From NCBI GenBank assembly GCA_051294375.1, contig CM119266.1, positions 22,668,638 through 22,732,637 on the forward strand: a stretch of DNA of 64,000 bases, in the 5' to 3' direction. Within the stretch, counting starts at the first letter, position 1; every line of letters starts with the position of its first letter. Positions 32,499 through 46,129 of this stretch are shown here, in pieces. Below the pieces are notes generated by a model. The model did not search any database. It had not been told where the DNA came from and saw only the letters and a list, made by a program, of their open reading frames with translations. The DNA is from Paraspadella gotoi. Lineage: Eukaryota > Animalia > Chaetognatha. Both the position numbers and the translations under genes were made by a program.

Positions 32499-33893
32499 CC
32501 ACACTGCTCCCACTCTTCCTGACAGTTATTTTCTCCGTCAGTAACATTCCATTCATCTCACCTATATAACCCTCTCTCCGCTCTCCACCCCTTTCCCCTT
32601 CTCTCTCTCTCTCCGCTCTCCACCTTCTCTTCCCCTTCTCTCACCCCCTCTTTCCGCTCTCCACCTCCTCTTCCCTCTCTCTTTCCATTCTCCATTCCCA
32701 CTTCTCCTTTTCACTCCCCCCTCTTTCCACTCTTCACCCCCTCTCCCCCCTTCTCTCTCCCCTCTTTCTCTATCAAATCCCCCTCTTACGAAACCCGAGG
32801 TACCTTTTTCTTTTTTCCTTCGAGGGATCACAGTTTGGATTTTATTTCGATCGTTAAAGGGGGTTGTGCCCCTGGACGAGATCGAAAGGGGGGCCGAAAG
32901 AGGAGAGGGGGGGCGGGGAACGACGACGACGATGAAGAGGACTTTAGTGAATAGGACGAAGACGACGACGACTACTTTCTCGATGACTAAATCAAGATGG
33001 CGGTTGTGAGAGGGCGAAAACTAAACAAATTTGGTACAAGATCAAAAAAGTAAATTAACCCTTCCCCAAAGAACAGATATTGCTAAATGTATTATTTGTT
33101 TACTTGAATATAAATCAGTTAATCATTATTTCGTTTTCTTTCTTTGTCTTTTACTTCTTTATTTCATCCCTTTTACTTTTTAATTTCCTACTTTTTCATC
33201 TCTAAAACCATGATCCAAATTTCAACTATTGAAAGCAGCTTACAAATAGACCCTATTACTTTCAGTCTCTCTCTCTCTCTCTCTCTCTCGCTCTCTTTCT
33301 CTCTCTTATTCTAATTCTGGTTCGTAACGAAACGCGACAACTAACAGGCGAACAACCGAACAACAAACAAACAAACGACAGCCGCATAATCCTGTTTTGT
33401 TCCACCGTCGTCGCTTTCGTCATCGTTGTCGTCGTCGTCGTCCTCGTCGTCGGATATTGAATTGAAATTCAAAAGTCTTAGGGAGGGAGGGACTCAGATT
33501 TCCCGCTGGAGTTTGGTTGATGGCAAGGGATAAGTAGGGGCAGAAAAGAGGGAACAAAGAATACTCTAACGGTGAGAAAATGTAACAACCAAACTTTCAA
33601 CAAAAAAAAAGTAAAAAGGTTTGTGAATCATTTAAAATTTTTTTTAAAATGAAAATATTTGTAATTTTTTATAATTTTTCAAAAATTCGTCTTCGTTAAT
33701 GCGGTTTTATGAGGTGAGGAGGTGGAGTTCAGACGTTGAGGGTGTGGGAGGGTCGCGGCGGCGGCGCAGGCGATGGCGGCATGAATTTTATCCCTTTGTT
33801 ATGGTCCGTGTTATGGAATCTCACGACGGGTTTGTGTGAATCTATTTCTCCTTCGTCTTTCTCTCTCTTCCTCCCCGCATAAATCCCCGAGGC

Positions 33894-33961
<68 letters not shown>

Positions 33962-34879
33962 TTCCGTGTTTTCATTGGAATCAACCTGGAAAGCGCGGTG
34001 TTGGCAATCAAAGAACCATTTATCAGGATTACACCACCTTGTTTTTCGTGGACATTTTGATTTCCTCTTTTCCCCTTTTTTACCTTTTTTCTCTTTTCTT
34101 ATTTTTTAAATCTTTTATTTAGTTTTTCTTTCTTTTTTCATCTCCTCAAAATTCGGTACTTTTTTTTTATGACTGCTTTTTGTTTTTGTACAAAAATGGA
34201 ATTGAATAATAAAACTTTTTTATAAGTATTTGTCTATATGGTAAAATAAAAAATTAGACCTGAAGGTAGAAAATAAAAAATTATTTTTCTTAATTTTGTT
34301 TTAGACAGTGTTAGAAACTTTTGATATTATCCGTATTAATTTTTTCTTCTTAAAGACACTGAATGAGTGATTCAACAAAAATTATGATATAACTCGGTTA
34401 TCAGTAATAATCCTGTTTCAACCCCAACCGCTTTGTCTAACCACTTCTCTACCCTCCCTCTCTCCGCATTGCCCTTTTTTTTCCCGCCTTTCATAATCCC
34501 ATCTAAATCCCCCTTCTCCCTCGATGCCACGTTTTCAATCATGTTTAAAAGCCAGGTGCGACTTTACTCACTCCTTTTTCCCCAACCGTTTTCTTTTTAA
34601 ATTTCTCGCACTCTCTTTTGCCTTTTTTTTATTTCTTTTTTATTGCGCAACTATTTAAATCCTTATACTGATACTCATAGACGGGAATATCCACGCAGAT
34701 TATTATATTTTAAAGCGAGCACTTTGAAATCAAAGTTTTGGCCGATGAGCGGTAAGGGGGCGGAAAAAATTTACTATAATAATTGTTTAAAGGTTTATTC
34801 ATTCAACATTTACAATACTAGCCATCACATTCTTATTTTATGATTGAAATTATTAATGCCCGATGAATCCTTTTAATTT

Positions 34880-37800
34880 CTTACTTAAGCACCGTAAACT
34901 CCTTTTTCCTTGGTCTCGGATCTTTTGTCTTTTGAACTTCTTTTTTCATGGTAGATGCTTCGCTTCATCCTTTTTTCCCGCGTTTTCAGAAATCCCCATT
35001 CTACAGTCATGTGCAAAAAAAAAAGTGTCACTTTATAAATCATCTTTATAAATCACCTTTTATACTTACATTTTAACAAAATTTTTAAAGTAAATGAAAG
35101 TTTATCAAAATATAAAGAATTTGGTATAATTTTTTTAAAAATCGGGTTATCTAATTAGTAGCAGTAATTTTTTTAAATGTAGTACTCATGTTAAAAAAAT
35201 TTATTCATTAATTTTTTTTCTAATATTTTTAATTTTTTTAATTAAATATAAAAAAATTTTACTCAACATCTGTAGGGATAGCTAATCAACTGGATTGACC
35301 ACCCTGATCCATAAATAATAATTTTAGGGTTTTTAAAAAATAAGGTGAATGGAAGGTCAATGATTCTGAAGCTTTAAAATGAAATACAATTTTCCTATCT
35401 TGTTTTGGAACATTAGAGTTTAAAAAATCATAGCCCTTAAATCACTTGTTTGATTTCCATAAAATCTATACACTATGGCAACAGCCGGGTTGCCTGTGAT
35501 GCCCATTGGGATGGGGCATCTCACTGTTGGCTTTGGGGGCTTCCAACACTCAGTGACGCCTCCTGTCACTGGCGCGGTTACCCAAGGACGGTCTCGCTTT
35601 GACAACGCAGAGGGAAGTCGTTAGGACTGTGGATGGAACACTACACCTGGGATGGTATGTTCCCCCTCTGAGCCAATGGATTTGGCTGAAGGATGGTGGA
35701 CGTGAGGCGGTGTGAATGTACCGCCACAACACATGGATTTTTTTTTTAATATATTTTTCTTAAATAATTTTTTTTAAATATTTTTATAAAATGTTTAGAA
35801 TTTTAAGTTATAAAGTGTCGCGTTTTTTTGTTATTTGCACATGAGTGTACATTCCCCTGGTCTTCCCATTTTTGACCCCCCCTCCTGTCTCATTTCCTTT
35901 CACGATCCTCCTTTGCATTTGGATATCCTGCGCTACTTATTGTCTCCGTCTTTCGCTGTCGCTCCGCCATCTCGTCTCAAGCGTCCCGGTATTTTGACTC
36001 CGCTCTTGGCCCCACCTCCACTGGCTATTGAATTGGCGTCGGGCAATCTTTTCTCCTTTTCGGTCGCGCCCGCCATTGCTCTCTCGTTCCAGCTTTTATT
36101 CGCCAACAACACAATCTCGTAACTACTTTTCTTAGGTTGTTCCTTGATTTTTTTCTCTGTACCCTTGCTATCTTTTTTCCCACTGCTTACACTTTTACTT
36201 TTCAAACTTTTCTTTCCGGCGCTGTTCATTCCCTCATACATGCTTTTCTTGGTTCCCAGCTTGATTTCCGAAGTGCTGTGAACGTACTTCAACAGTTCCG
36301 GGTCAAACTCCTTCCCGCTTTCCCGATTTTCAATTTCCATAACTTGAACTTGAACTGGGAGTTGAACTACAGAACTTGAACTTTCCCCAGTTTTCCTTTC
36401 GTGCGAAGCGTAATTTCCAGCGGTAAAACTTACCCCTTTCTTTGACTTGGTTTCCCCTTCATCGATGTTCAATATTCTGGAAGACTTTTTCGACTTCATG
36501 CTCGGTTGTACATTGCTGCTCTTCCCATCCTTTTCGCCTGCATTTTCCTCCGCTTCGCCGGTATGGATCTGAATTGATGTGCAGGGTTCCTTCGAGATGG
36601 CTTTCTCCCTCGCCTTTCGCTCTCCCTTTGAGGCATCGGTCTTGTTGGCGTTCAACGACTCTTCCCTATCTTCCTTCTCTCCTTCCTGCTCTCTTTTGCC
36701 CCTTCCAGCGTTCTTCCTCCCCTTGCGGGTCTCGACGGGCGCCCGGTTGATGTTCTTGGCCGGGTCGCGCTTCTTCGCCGTTTTTCGGAACCATTGCCTG
36801 AGTAGAATTGATTTTATTGACTTTTTTTACTCTTAAATATTCATAATAATCTTAATGACAATAAAATGTAATAAACTATACAAGACAATTGAAAACGACA
36901 TATTAACTACTGAATTTTTTTTAATATATGAACGTGATGCTCATCCTACATTTATTATATATGTACAATTGAAAATATATTTCATAAATTGAATGAACTA
37001 ACTACGTATCCCGCTTCATGACTTTGGAAGGTTATATGGGTAATAATGGGACTAAGCTCTGACGAACAAAGCCCATAATCGTATCATATCAAAATAACCA
37101 AATAAAATGTAAAAAAAAAAATTTGAGAGCCCTTCAGACACTTTGCCAAAGGATTCCAAAATTGGACGTCATTTGTTGAACAGGAACATACCTCAGTCAC
37201 GTTTATATCGTTTTGAAGGAAAAAAAATCTCTTTCAATTCTATATAAAATCAGAGATAGAAAATTTTTCCGTCCAGAAGCAGTCTATTTGTTCTGGCTTG
37301 TTTGATATCAAGATGTTGATGATTTGACAAGAGAAAAAAAATGCGAGCCCTTCCCGGCGTCGAGGCCACACGCAAAGCGGGAGCGGCCAAATTCGTCTGG
37401 ACGTCAATGCGCCAGGATGTGACGAAGTGGGCGAGAGACTGCCAAGACTGCCAATGTGCTAAGGTGACTAGACTCGTCGTTCCTGAGATCGGCGAGTTTA
37501 AGGTGCCACCGAGGAGATTCCAACACCTTAACTTAGATCTAGTCAAAATGGCAGCGTCGAACGAATTCTCTCACTTACTGACAATAGTTGATAGATTCTC
37601 GAGATGGCCATCAGCTATCCCAATAAAAGATACTCTCACTTCAACTATTTTAGACGTTTTGAGTCACGAATGGATTGGTGTGTTCGGCACCCCGACAATA
37701 ATCACTACCGACAGGGGAACACAGTTTAACTCTGCGTTATGGCGTCAGTTGACTAAAACCTGGGGAATCAAACACCAGATGACGATGCCTTATCATCCCG

Positions 37801-40563
37801 AGGCCAACGGCCTGATGGAACGATTCCACAGAAGGTTAAAGGAGTCGTTGATCGCCCTTGCTCGAGAAAATCGCGAAAAGTGGTTTTGGAAACTCCCAAT
37901 GGCAATGCTCGCCATTCGAACAACGATAAAAGAAGATATCGGCGCCTCCGCGGCAGATTTGGTCTTCGGCGAAGGCATCAGAGTTCCCGGCTGCATCCTT
38001 GACGATCCTCAAAACGACGACGCCGCCGCCCTACAGCGCCAACGACGAAGTCAACTGGCGAAGCTACGCGTCGAGGTAGCGAGATTACAGCCGACTCCAA
38101 CGTCGGCCCATCATCAGCCAACGATCCACCTTCCGAGCAATCTCCAAACAGCACACTATGTATTCGTCAAACGCGCAGGCGTCAACCCTCCTCTGGTCCC
38201 ACCCTATGAGGGCCCTTACAAGGTAATCAATCATTATTACCCAATACCCATTATCTCAATACAGGAAAAACCAAACATCGAAGTAAAAATCGTTTAAACT
38301 TGGGCCTGGAAGTATACCTATTTATATATATATTTATATAATATTCAATTTTTACCTGTAATCGTCGCCCCAGACGTCAAGGTAAGATGAGTGGGCGAGC
38401 GACTGCGGGTCGTAGAAGTCGAGGAACTGTGGTCGGTAGACGACCGGTTTGGGACGGCCTCTTCGGGCGTCGGCTTCTGTCGGTTGGTACTGCATCGCTG
38501 GACGGGAGGTTTTGAGGAGTCAGATAATCTATTGGATTTGCTGGCGGAGCATAATATTATACTAATCGACATTATTATTATCATCAGGTTTATATTTTTT
38601 GGAACTTTATGTTATTATTGACTCTGTATACTGCAGTTAGAAAAGGGGTTTATTAAATTTTATTACAACATCCGGGTAAATCATTTGCCGGCGTCGAAAT
38701 CACCCGTTTTGGAAACGCGATATGCGCGTTCGATCCTTGGCTCTGGCCTTTCGCGCAATCGATCCGCGTAACAAAAGAAAAGTTGCTCCCTTTTCTTGGC
38801 GTTTTCTTTGAACCGTTGTCTCCATGCATTGTGTTCTTCCTAAAAATGAATAAAGTATTACCGACCTGAACCACATCGTCGATATGGTCGAGATGGTCGA
38901 CATGGTCGTCGTCGTTGTCGTCGTCTTTTTTTTTATATTTACGTTCCAACCTCATCTTCCTCTTGATCTCTGAAGGAGGAAAAGGAAGAAAAAGAAAGAC
39001 GAGTCAGTATATCACAATGACCAAAAATCAATTCTGAATCATCAAACTGAACGACGACAAATGACAGATTAAACAACTCAGATGACAGATTGCGGACGAC
39101 AGACCTTTTGGATTTCGAGTAGGCGTTCTTGTTGGAGGAGACAGCGTTGAAATTCTTTTCTAATTTTTCAGTCGATTCTTCTATTAATAAAAAGCGAAAT
39201 ATTTTAATGATTCAATTTTATTAATTGTTATAAAATAAAAGCTTTTAAGTAGCGTTACATGTGTAATAAAGTTGTTTTTTTTTTTATAATATCACCTATT
39301 GTCAGTTTGACGGCGAAGTCGATGTCGGAATCTTCACGCGAACAATATTTATAATAAAAAACAAAATAATTGAAAAAAACCCAAAAAAACAGGTGTTTCG
39401 ATTGTCAATTTGTAATAAATACAGTAAATACCTGAGCCGATTTCCAATGCATCTTTAGGATCTTCCGAAATTTCGTTGTGCGTCGTTAAATTGTTCTCTT
39501 CCTGTTCCCCAATATTTTCAAGAGGCTGGAGCTCTTCACTTAGGCTAAAAAGCGTAATAAACCGTTACATAAATTGATACTCAAACATTTTTTTGTTAAA
39601 ATATTAAATTAAGTTTAACCTTTTTTTTAATTCGACCAAATTGGTTTCTGTCTCAATCTCGGACAGAAGGCCTGATGTCAAAAGATTCCAACATTACATT
39701 ATTGATCAATTGAACGTCTTACAACTGATTAAACAATGAGTGAGATGAACAAATAAATACCTTCATCCTTCTCTGAATCCGAAGAATCGTGGTTGTCATC
39801 TGTTAACGGTAATTGATTGATTTATTGATTGATTCAACTTTACGGATTAACTTACCAGTATCGACTCACCTTCCGTCATTTCGCCTCCCTTTAAGAAAGA
39901 AGTTAAAAATAAAAAATCAAAGGCAAATAATTAAATACAAAAAAAAAAAAAAAATGAGACTCGGTTCGACAACGAATACAATCAAAATGTACGCGTAGTA
40001 TTTAAGAGCTTTTTCGGCAACGCGACAGTTTGGGGTTTTAGATAAACGAAGAAATTGTTCAACGGTTTTTAACGAATATTAATACTAACATAATAATGGA
40101 TAATTTTTATATTGGTTGTACCAATTTCATAATACTATATATAATAATATCATAGTATCAACTCATGCAAAACAAGACATTTCGTGAGCTAATTTTGCTG
40201 CAACTTCAAATACTGTTTGCACAGTTGCCACCATTTTGGAGAAGCGAACCCGAAATCCGATGCAGTCGATTTAAATTTCAGGAGGTAGTCGGCGTCGTCG
40301 TCGTCGTTTTCGTCCCCGTAGTCGTCGTCGTCGTCGGCCTTTTCCCTCGTTTGCTGTTTTGTTTCCGAAAATCCCCAAATCTGGTTTGCAAACTCGGCGA
40401 CGCCAACATAAGAATCGCAGGGTCGTCGCGAAAACACGTATTTTTCTTCGCCGGTCTTAAAACCTCATTTGCATAGTCGCGTTGACGGTCGAAAACCTCA
40501 CGAGTTTTAGGGAAAAAAAATAAGGGGGGGCGGGGTGAGAATTTTGTCGGAGCGAGGAGAGAG

Positions 40564-40657
<94 letters not shown>

Positions 40658-40752
40658 TGGTTTGATGTTACTTTGTCTCCTTGAATCCTTTTTCACTTTT
40701 GACGCCTTCGTTAATCGATCGATCAAAATCCTCAAAAATCTCAAAATCTGCT
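34880..40752 (-). CDS. Unidentified multi-exon protein-coding gene (acidic, Lys/Ser-rich, low complexity); span approximate
   Basis: Phase-consistent GT-AG exon chain: 39870-39888, 39761-39799, 39620-39671, 39432-39544, 39296-39331, 39105-39180, 38951-38969, 38704-38839, 38356-38540, then a large exon beginning at 36797 (includes ORF 35933-36655). It gives GGEMTEDDNHDSSDSEKDEGLLSEIETETNLVELKKSLSEELQ...RDQEEDEEEHNAWRQRFKENAKKREQLFFCYADRLRER...YLDVWGDDYRQWFRKTAKK. Further likely exons lie at 40672-40752, ~40190-40500, ~35470-35730 and ~34885-35001, but their joins are not resolved. Confidence 0.75.
37341..38297 (+). mobile_element. Gypsy/Ty3-type retrotransposon integrase ORF (isolated fragment)
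   Basis: PG..AT......FVW..M..DV..W...C..CQ zinc-finger half, HLNLDLV (D), IVDRFSRWP, TTDRGTQF (D), YHPEANGLMERFHRRLK (E), and a GPYKV (GPY/F) motif. Homology ends at ~38230. No RT, RNase H or LTR is visible. Confidence 0.93.
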
Positions 40753-41469
40753 CTGGACGAACAACAATCATTAAAAACAACAAAAAAAGACTTTATTCTT
40801 CTCCAATTATATATAATAAACGCTCGCTAAAATTTAATATCTTCTAACTAATTCTAACTAAGATTTCGTAAATCTGGTCTGTTTTGCCGTGGTCACGCTC
40901 CGGCGGTCGGGTCGGCAGGCCAGCTGGTCTAGTGTTGACTGTTTGATTCACTGCTTTGTACAGCACGTGGGCTGAAGATTAAGCTTTGAAAATAATAGAG
41001 AATTAAAAATAAAAAACGACATAAAAATTAGATTAAAGCAAAATAAAAAATTAAAACAAATAAAAATAAATTCTAAAAACTCAATAAGAACGACAAAATA
41101 AAAAATCCTGCCAAATAAAATCCTGCCCAGTAAAAACGCATAAAACAAAAACAAAAAAAGAAAAACAATGGAAAAAAACAAACATTTTGAATTTGAACTT
41201 GACTTGTCTGGGCCTCTGGTATTCCTTCTCAATGGAAAATGAATTGAAGGACATATCAAAATGGTTTGATCGTCAGACCGCGTGGACATAGAGACATTCA
41301 GTTGATGCGTGACTTCAACAGGGGAACGTTCAACCGTCCTGACGGGTGATCCAGGACTGCGACTTCCTCAAGGCTTCGCTCTGGTGATCACGGTACGGGG
41401 AACAACGAAGCGTGTCCCCCTTCGTCAACGTCGTTCTCGAACCTGGGACATGGTTCGATTTTTTGGGCC

Positions 41470-42170
41470 TGTAAGGGGAGCCATGTCTCAGGTTCCTAAC
41501 TCATATTCGACCGGATTCTCGATGAGGGATAAGGTTGCGAGATTATTCGCGCAACTGAGAAAGGGTTTCCACCGCGGAACTTATGTTATATAATGGGATG
41601 CGGTCTGCTCTGTGGACGTGGTCCTGTCCACATGATAAGGGAAGCAGGAAGGGTTGACGGGCGAAAGACGTCTACAAAGTTTGGCTGGGAATACGATAAT
41701 CAGCCCCATACTACTGGCACAAGAGGTGCAATGAGTAACCACAACGATGGAAAGTGTCCCAGATGGGAGAAGAACGGTGCAAGAGGAGGAGAGAGGGGGC
41801 GGGGGCAACAAAAATGGGCTTTGTCTTCTCATCCTCATTGATGCGACTTGCTGCTGATTACGATGATGGCCGCTTTGACGCATCCTGTGCAAGATTGGAC
41901 ATGTGGCCAACGCACATTATAATGACGATCGTGTGTTTACGCCCAGGCAGATGTGGTGGTGGTGAAAATGCCGGTGCGGAATATGGATTATGGAAACTAT
42001 GGAGGAGTCAAAGTTGCAGGTGAAAAAGTCAGTGGGAGGAGATGGTGCAGGTTTTGGGAAGCCATTGGTGGAGGCAGAGAAGAAGTTTTTGTGTGATGCC
42101 GGCGGTTGGGCGCAATACCAGAATGGAGTGGAGGAGGTGATCATTGGAAGATGGTGCGAGCATCTATGAA
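41470..42170 (+). pseudogene. Possible degraded gag-like ORF1 (zinc knuckle) of an L1/Tx1 element
   Basis: Coding-like composition with a CCHC-like remnant C-KIGHVANA-YND-IVC near 41886-41937. The reading frame is broken throughout. Confidence 0.35.
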
Positions 42171-43296
42171 ACAATAGGGCGGATCATATGCATATATAAT
42201 TTTCCAAAATATGTTGCCTGTTCGGTGATTCCTTTACCTAATATAGGTTTTATTGATATCACAATAATAATTTCAAAAATATTCAGGATGCCACTGCAAG
42301 ATTTTACAAATTTTTAAGAAATCATCATTTGGCGAACTGTGATTGGTGGAAATTGGTGCAACGTGACCATCGAATTAGGTTTTGTATTATATTTTACTAA
42401 ATAAAAAGTTGTTTTTCTCCAAGTTAAGCAATGGAAATTTTATATTTTTAAGCAATACATTAAGAATTTATGAACAATATCAGGAAAATAAACAAGAAAA
42501 AGAAATAAATAAAAGCCCCAGAACCGGGACATACACAATGACTTATCTTTTTCCTTATTTTCTCACTCTTCTTTCTCTCTCTCTCTCTATCTCTCTCTCT
42601 CTGAAAGAGAATTTTATTTTCTCGCACGCGAAACTAAAGTTCAAGCGTCCCCCGTCCCAAAAATGAGTCGACAAGAGTTCAAAAATGTATGTTTATTGAG
42701 AGAAAATAGAAAAAACATGTTTAGAACTCATAGAAACAAGTTTCAGACAGTGATAGAAGGAAAGACAAGGCGGATTATTCTTCACTTTTTCTCATTCTAA
42801 AATCGTAAAATTTTAGACAAAAAAATGAAATGAAATTACATTACGGATTTTTCAATAATTTAATATTTTACAGAATCCAGATTTTTTCCCTTTTTTCGTT
42901 AAGAGAAAGACGCGAAAGGGGCCGATGAAAACATCGTCGATCGGGATGGAGATTTTCTAGTTGACGAATTTGATTATAAAAGGGGAGAAATGCTAGAGGG
43001 CTACGGAGAAACAATGAGCGGGCGCTAATTGCAATCAGCGCATAAAATGGGGTATATTTTTTTGAAAATGCTAGTAAACAAAAATATTTTGGAATCTTCT
43101 TTACCAATTTTTAAAAATTTCAGAATTTTTTTTTAATTTTTTTTCCTTAAATTTTTTTTCAACAATTTTTATTGCATAAAAGGTTTATTATAATAATTCA
43201 TACAAAATATCGAGAATTGGTGTTATTTTTATTAAAGCATTGCATTCGAAATTCAAATGGTAAAGAATGGTAAAGAAAGAGTAAATAAGAATAAAG

Positions 43297-43337
<41 letters not shown>

Positions 43338-44237
43338 AAAAGAATAGAGACTCTCAAAAAACTTCTTCAAGCAAAACAATTCTTGTTAAGGTATAGTTGC
43401 CACTGTAGAAAAAACCATTGGTCAGCAAGAATATTGGGAGTCGGGTATCAATAGAATCTAAAATTTATTATAAAAAGACAGATGTTTATCGAAAAGAAAA
43501 TAAAAACAACTAAATACGTTCATCAAAAGATTTTCAAGAAGAACTTCTCATTTGTGCGAGGCTATCCGTGAGACGTATCATGAATTTCAGTACCAATTGA
43601 AGGTCTTTTCATCCTCTGAATTGCCGTATGCGAACGAAAAAATTTGTTAGGGAAATTAATAAACGGAAGAAAAGATAACTGAAATCGCTAATTCGCATGC
43701 GGTAACTATTCCTTTTCGTTACCCCAAATCAGGGATTCATTTATTACACAGGGTCGATTTACGAAATTTTTTAAGAAAGAGGAAAAAAAATTTATTGTTT
43801 TGAACAGCGGGAAGCCACGAGAACGGTTGCGTAGTTTTTACGGGCATATCTTTGTACAATACCATAGTAAAAAACTATAAACTATTGTGGAACCGACACC
43901 AACACCGGGATGAAGTGGCCAGATATTAATATAATTCTCTCCTCTTTGCCAACAATATACGTTTCAAATTTTAAGGTCACACGGTAATTTTTTTATTATA
44001 AAAAGCGAGAGACTTTTGTATTTAACAACTCTTGATGTCGCCTAAAATGCATGTCTCTAATAAAACATTTCGTTTCTTTCACTATTTTCTTTTATTATTT
44101 TCTTAAGTTTATATATGACTCTTCCCAGATCTTGTGCTAAAATTTTTAATAACAATAATTTTTTCCTGAATGACGGTGAAGGATAATACTTTAAAATCCT
44201 TTAATAATTTTCGGGATAATAATCATATTCCTGGTAT

Positions 44238-44685
44238 ATCCTTTCGTTACGTTGTTTGTGATAGAGATTTACAAAGAAATTTATTGGAATGGTTAACAAC
44301 GATTTTATTATCAGAAATGCAGACATGTTTTTCGACTCCTGAATTTTTGAATCTTCATTCAGCGCTTATTGGGGACAGTATATGGAATAATGGAATAATT
44401 GTGAGTTAAAGGGAAAGAGAGAGAGAGAGGAGCACAGGAAAAGAGTTTAAAGTTTCCACACAAAGAATTGAGAGCAGATTAGTGGTCAGTGTAGAGGAAC
44501 AGATTTAGTTTAGGACAAAGATTGAATAAGTGGTGAAAAAGAAGTGAAAATTTTGGGTGAAAGGTGAGAGAGGAAGGAGAGAGAGAGAAGAAAGAAAATA
44601 AAACAATTAAAATTTGACAAATCTAGCCTTAAACTTAAATCTGTCCTCGACACTGAACCACTAATCTGTCATCAATTCTTTTCCA
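44238..44685 (-). mobile_element. Non-coding PLE pseudo-LTR remnant (second family) with partial inverted duplication
   Basis: 44238-44600 is colinear with and similar to 13800-14180 (tail, CAACGATTTTATTA, hammerhead, AAAGTTTCCA-CA, TAGTGGTCAG). ~44463-44514 is inverted at ~44627-44683. Confidence 0.7.
44319..44365 (-). ncRNA. Divergent hammerhead ribozyme in a related PLE terminal remnant
   Basis: The reverse complement reads GCG-CTGAATGAA-GATTC-AAAAATTCAG-GAGTC-GAAAAA-CATGTC-TGC, followed by the same TAATAAAATCGTTGT as at ~16071. The stems differ in sequence but still pair; the extra As are consistent with homopolymer error. Confidence 0.7.
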
Positions 44686-44949
44686 AAAAATATAAATTTT
44701 AAGAGTTACTAACTGGTATGGTCTAATAAAATATTACTGGGTTGAGATAAAACAATGCAGATTTTTAATTTAATTTGCCAATATTTCAAATTTAATATTG
44801 GGGAAAATCAATTTTGTCTTTAATCTCTTTGCATATTATAGTGCGGTAAACTTTAAAAACGGTAATATTCATAAATGGCGCTTACATTTAAAAAAAAATA
44901 ACCTTCATATACATATTTAGGTAATGGGAAGGTAGCAGGAATCACAGAC

Positions 44950-45720
44950 AGGCAAGGCCTAACTCGAATCGAATCCGGCCTATGAACAAGGTGGGCAAAA
45001 AGAGAGTAGTGTGTGTGGGTATCATTGAGCGGGATGGGGTGTGGGATGTGGAGTCTGAATTTTGTGGACGATGGCTCCAATTATTTCTTCGTCTGGAACA
45101 AGGAAGATTTTAGAAGAGGTGAAGTCGTGTTGTGGAGGAGGAGACAGGAGTGAAGGTGGTTTGTGGGTGTGGGAGGTCGCCGGGAGGTGCCTATTCTCGC
45201 ATCTTCAACAATCATTATAAATTTGGTGTTATCCGGTGGCACCAAAATGCCATGTGCGTGGAAGATGTCCGCCTTGGGAGAGGTCTGCTTTTGGAGAGGA
45301 GGTGGAGACGACGACGATGACAATTTTGAGGAATGTGCCCGAAACGGCGGGTGTTTTGGGACGCGGGGCGACATCTGGTCGTCTGAGCGGGGGAACGGGA
45401 CGCCCGTCTCTGCGAATTGGATGCCCCTAGCCCCTCTACTCAAGGCCTCGCTCAGATACACGGCATCGTACGGCATTGGCCGACTTCTCCGTCTCAATAA
45501 GCCTCTTTCATTCCACTCAGTCAACAGTCATCTTCTTGGTGATTCCGGGAACACGCACAAGGACTGGATTCCACCGCGACATCCTCTTGTAGTTAACAGG
45601 GTTTGGGTGGAAGGGAGAGGGTCTCGATCTCCAGCAACACGTTCAAATTTGTGGAGTGGGGAGAGGGCAAGCATACTTCTCGTAAGGGATAAAGAGGAAA
45701 TTGATTTTTGGGATTTATGA
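44950..45720 (+). pseudogene. Possible degraded ORF1 upstream of the L1/Tx1 ORF2
   Basis: Coding-like segment just upstream of ORF2 on the same strand. EEVETTTMTILRNVPE resembles the 41720-41765 translation (EVQ.VTTTMESVPD). No decisive motif. Confidence 0.3.
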
Positions 45721-46129
45721 GGATTAATTATTATGATTTGTATGCTATTAAAGCGCATTTTAAATAATGAATACATAATAGTACTGGTAACTAATATTCT
45801 AATATTCAAATAACTATTAAATAACATTGGGCAATAATAAAAATGAACTTTATCTATTTTGGAATAAAATTTAATCTTATACTAAAATCAATTGGCATAT
45901 TGGCAGTAAAAGGGAAAAAACCTAATTTGGCGGCCAATTTTAATGATCTATGACATATTTTAAGGTTTGAGAATTTGTTTATTTTGATAATTAAAAATTT
46001 TTGTTTTCTAAACTTTAATTGATCAAACAGGGGGGTTAAAATTTATATGTTTTAAATTTAACATTTCCGCATCATGGAAAGACAATGGGGGCGACATCAA
46101 TGGGAGGGCTGTTGGCTTAGGGGGGGAAA

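Noticed and set aside
38704-38839. Resemblance of EEHNAWRQRF..KREQLF to P4-ATPase or trichoplein-type coiled-coil proteins
   Set aside because: Flanking diagnostic motifs are absent; the similarity is too weak to name the gene.
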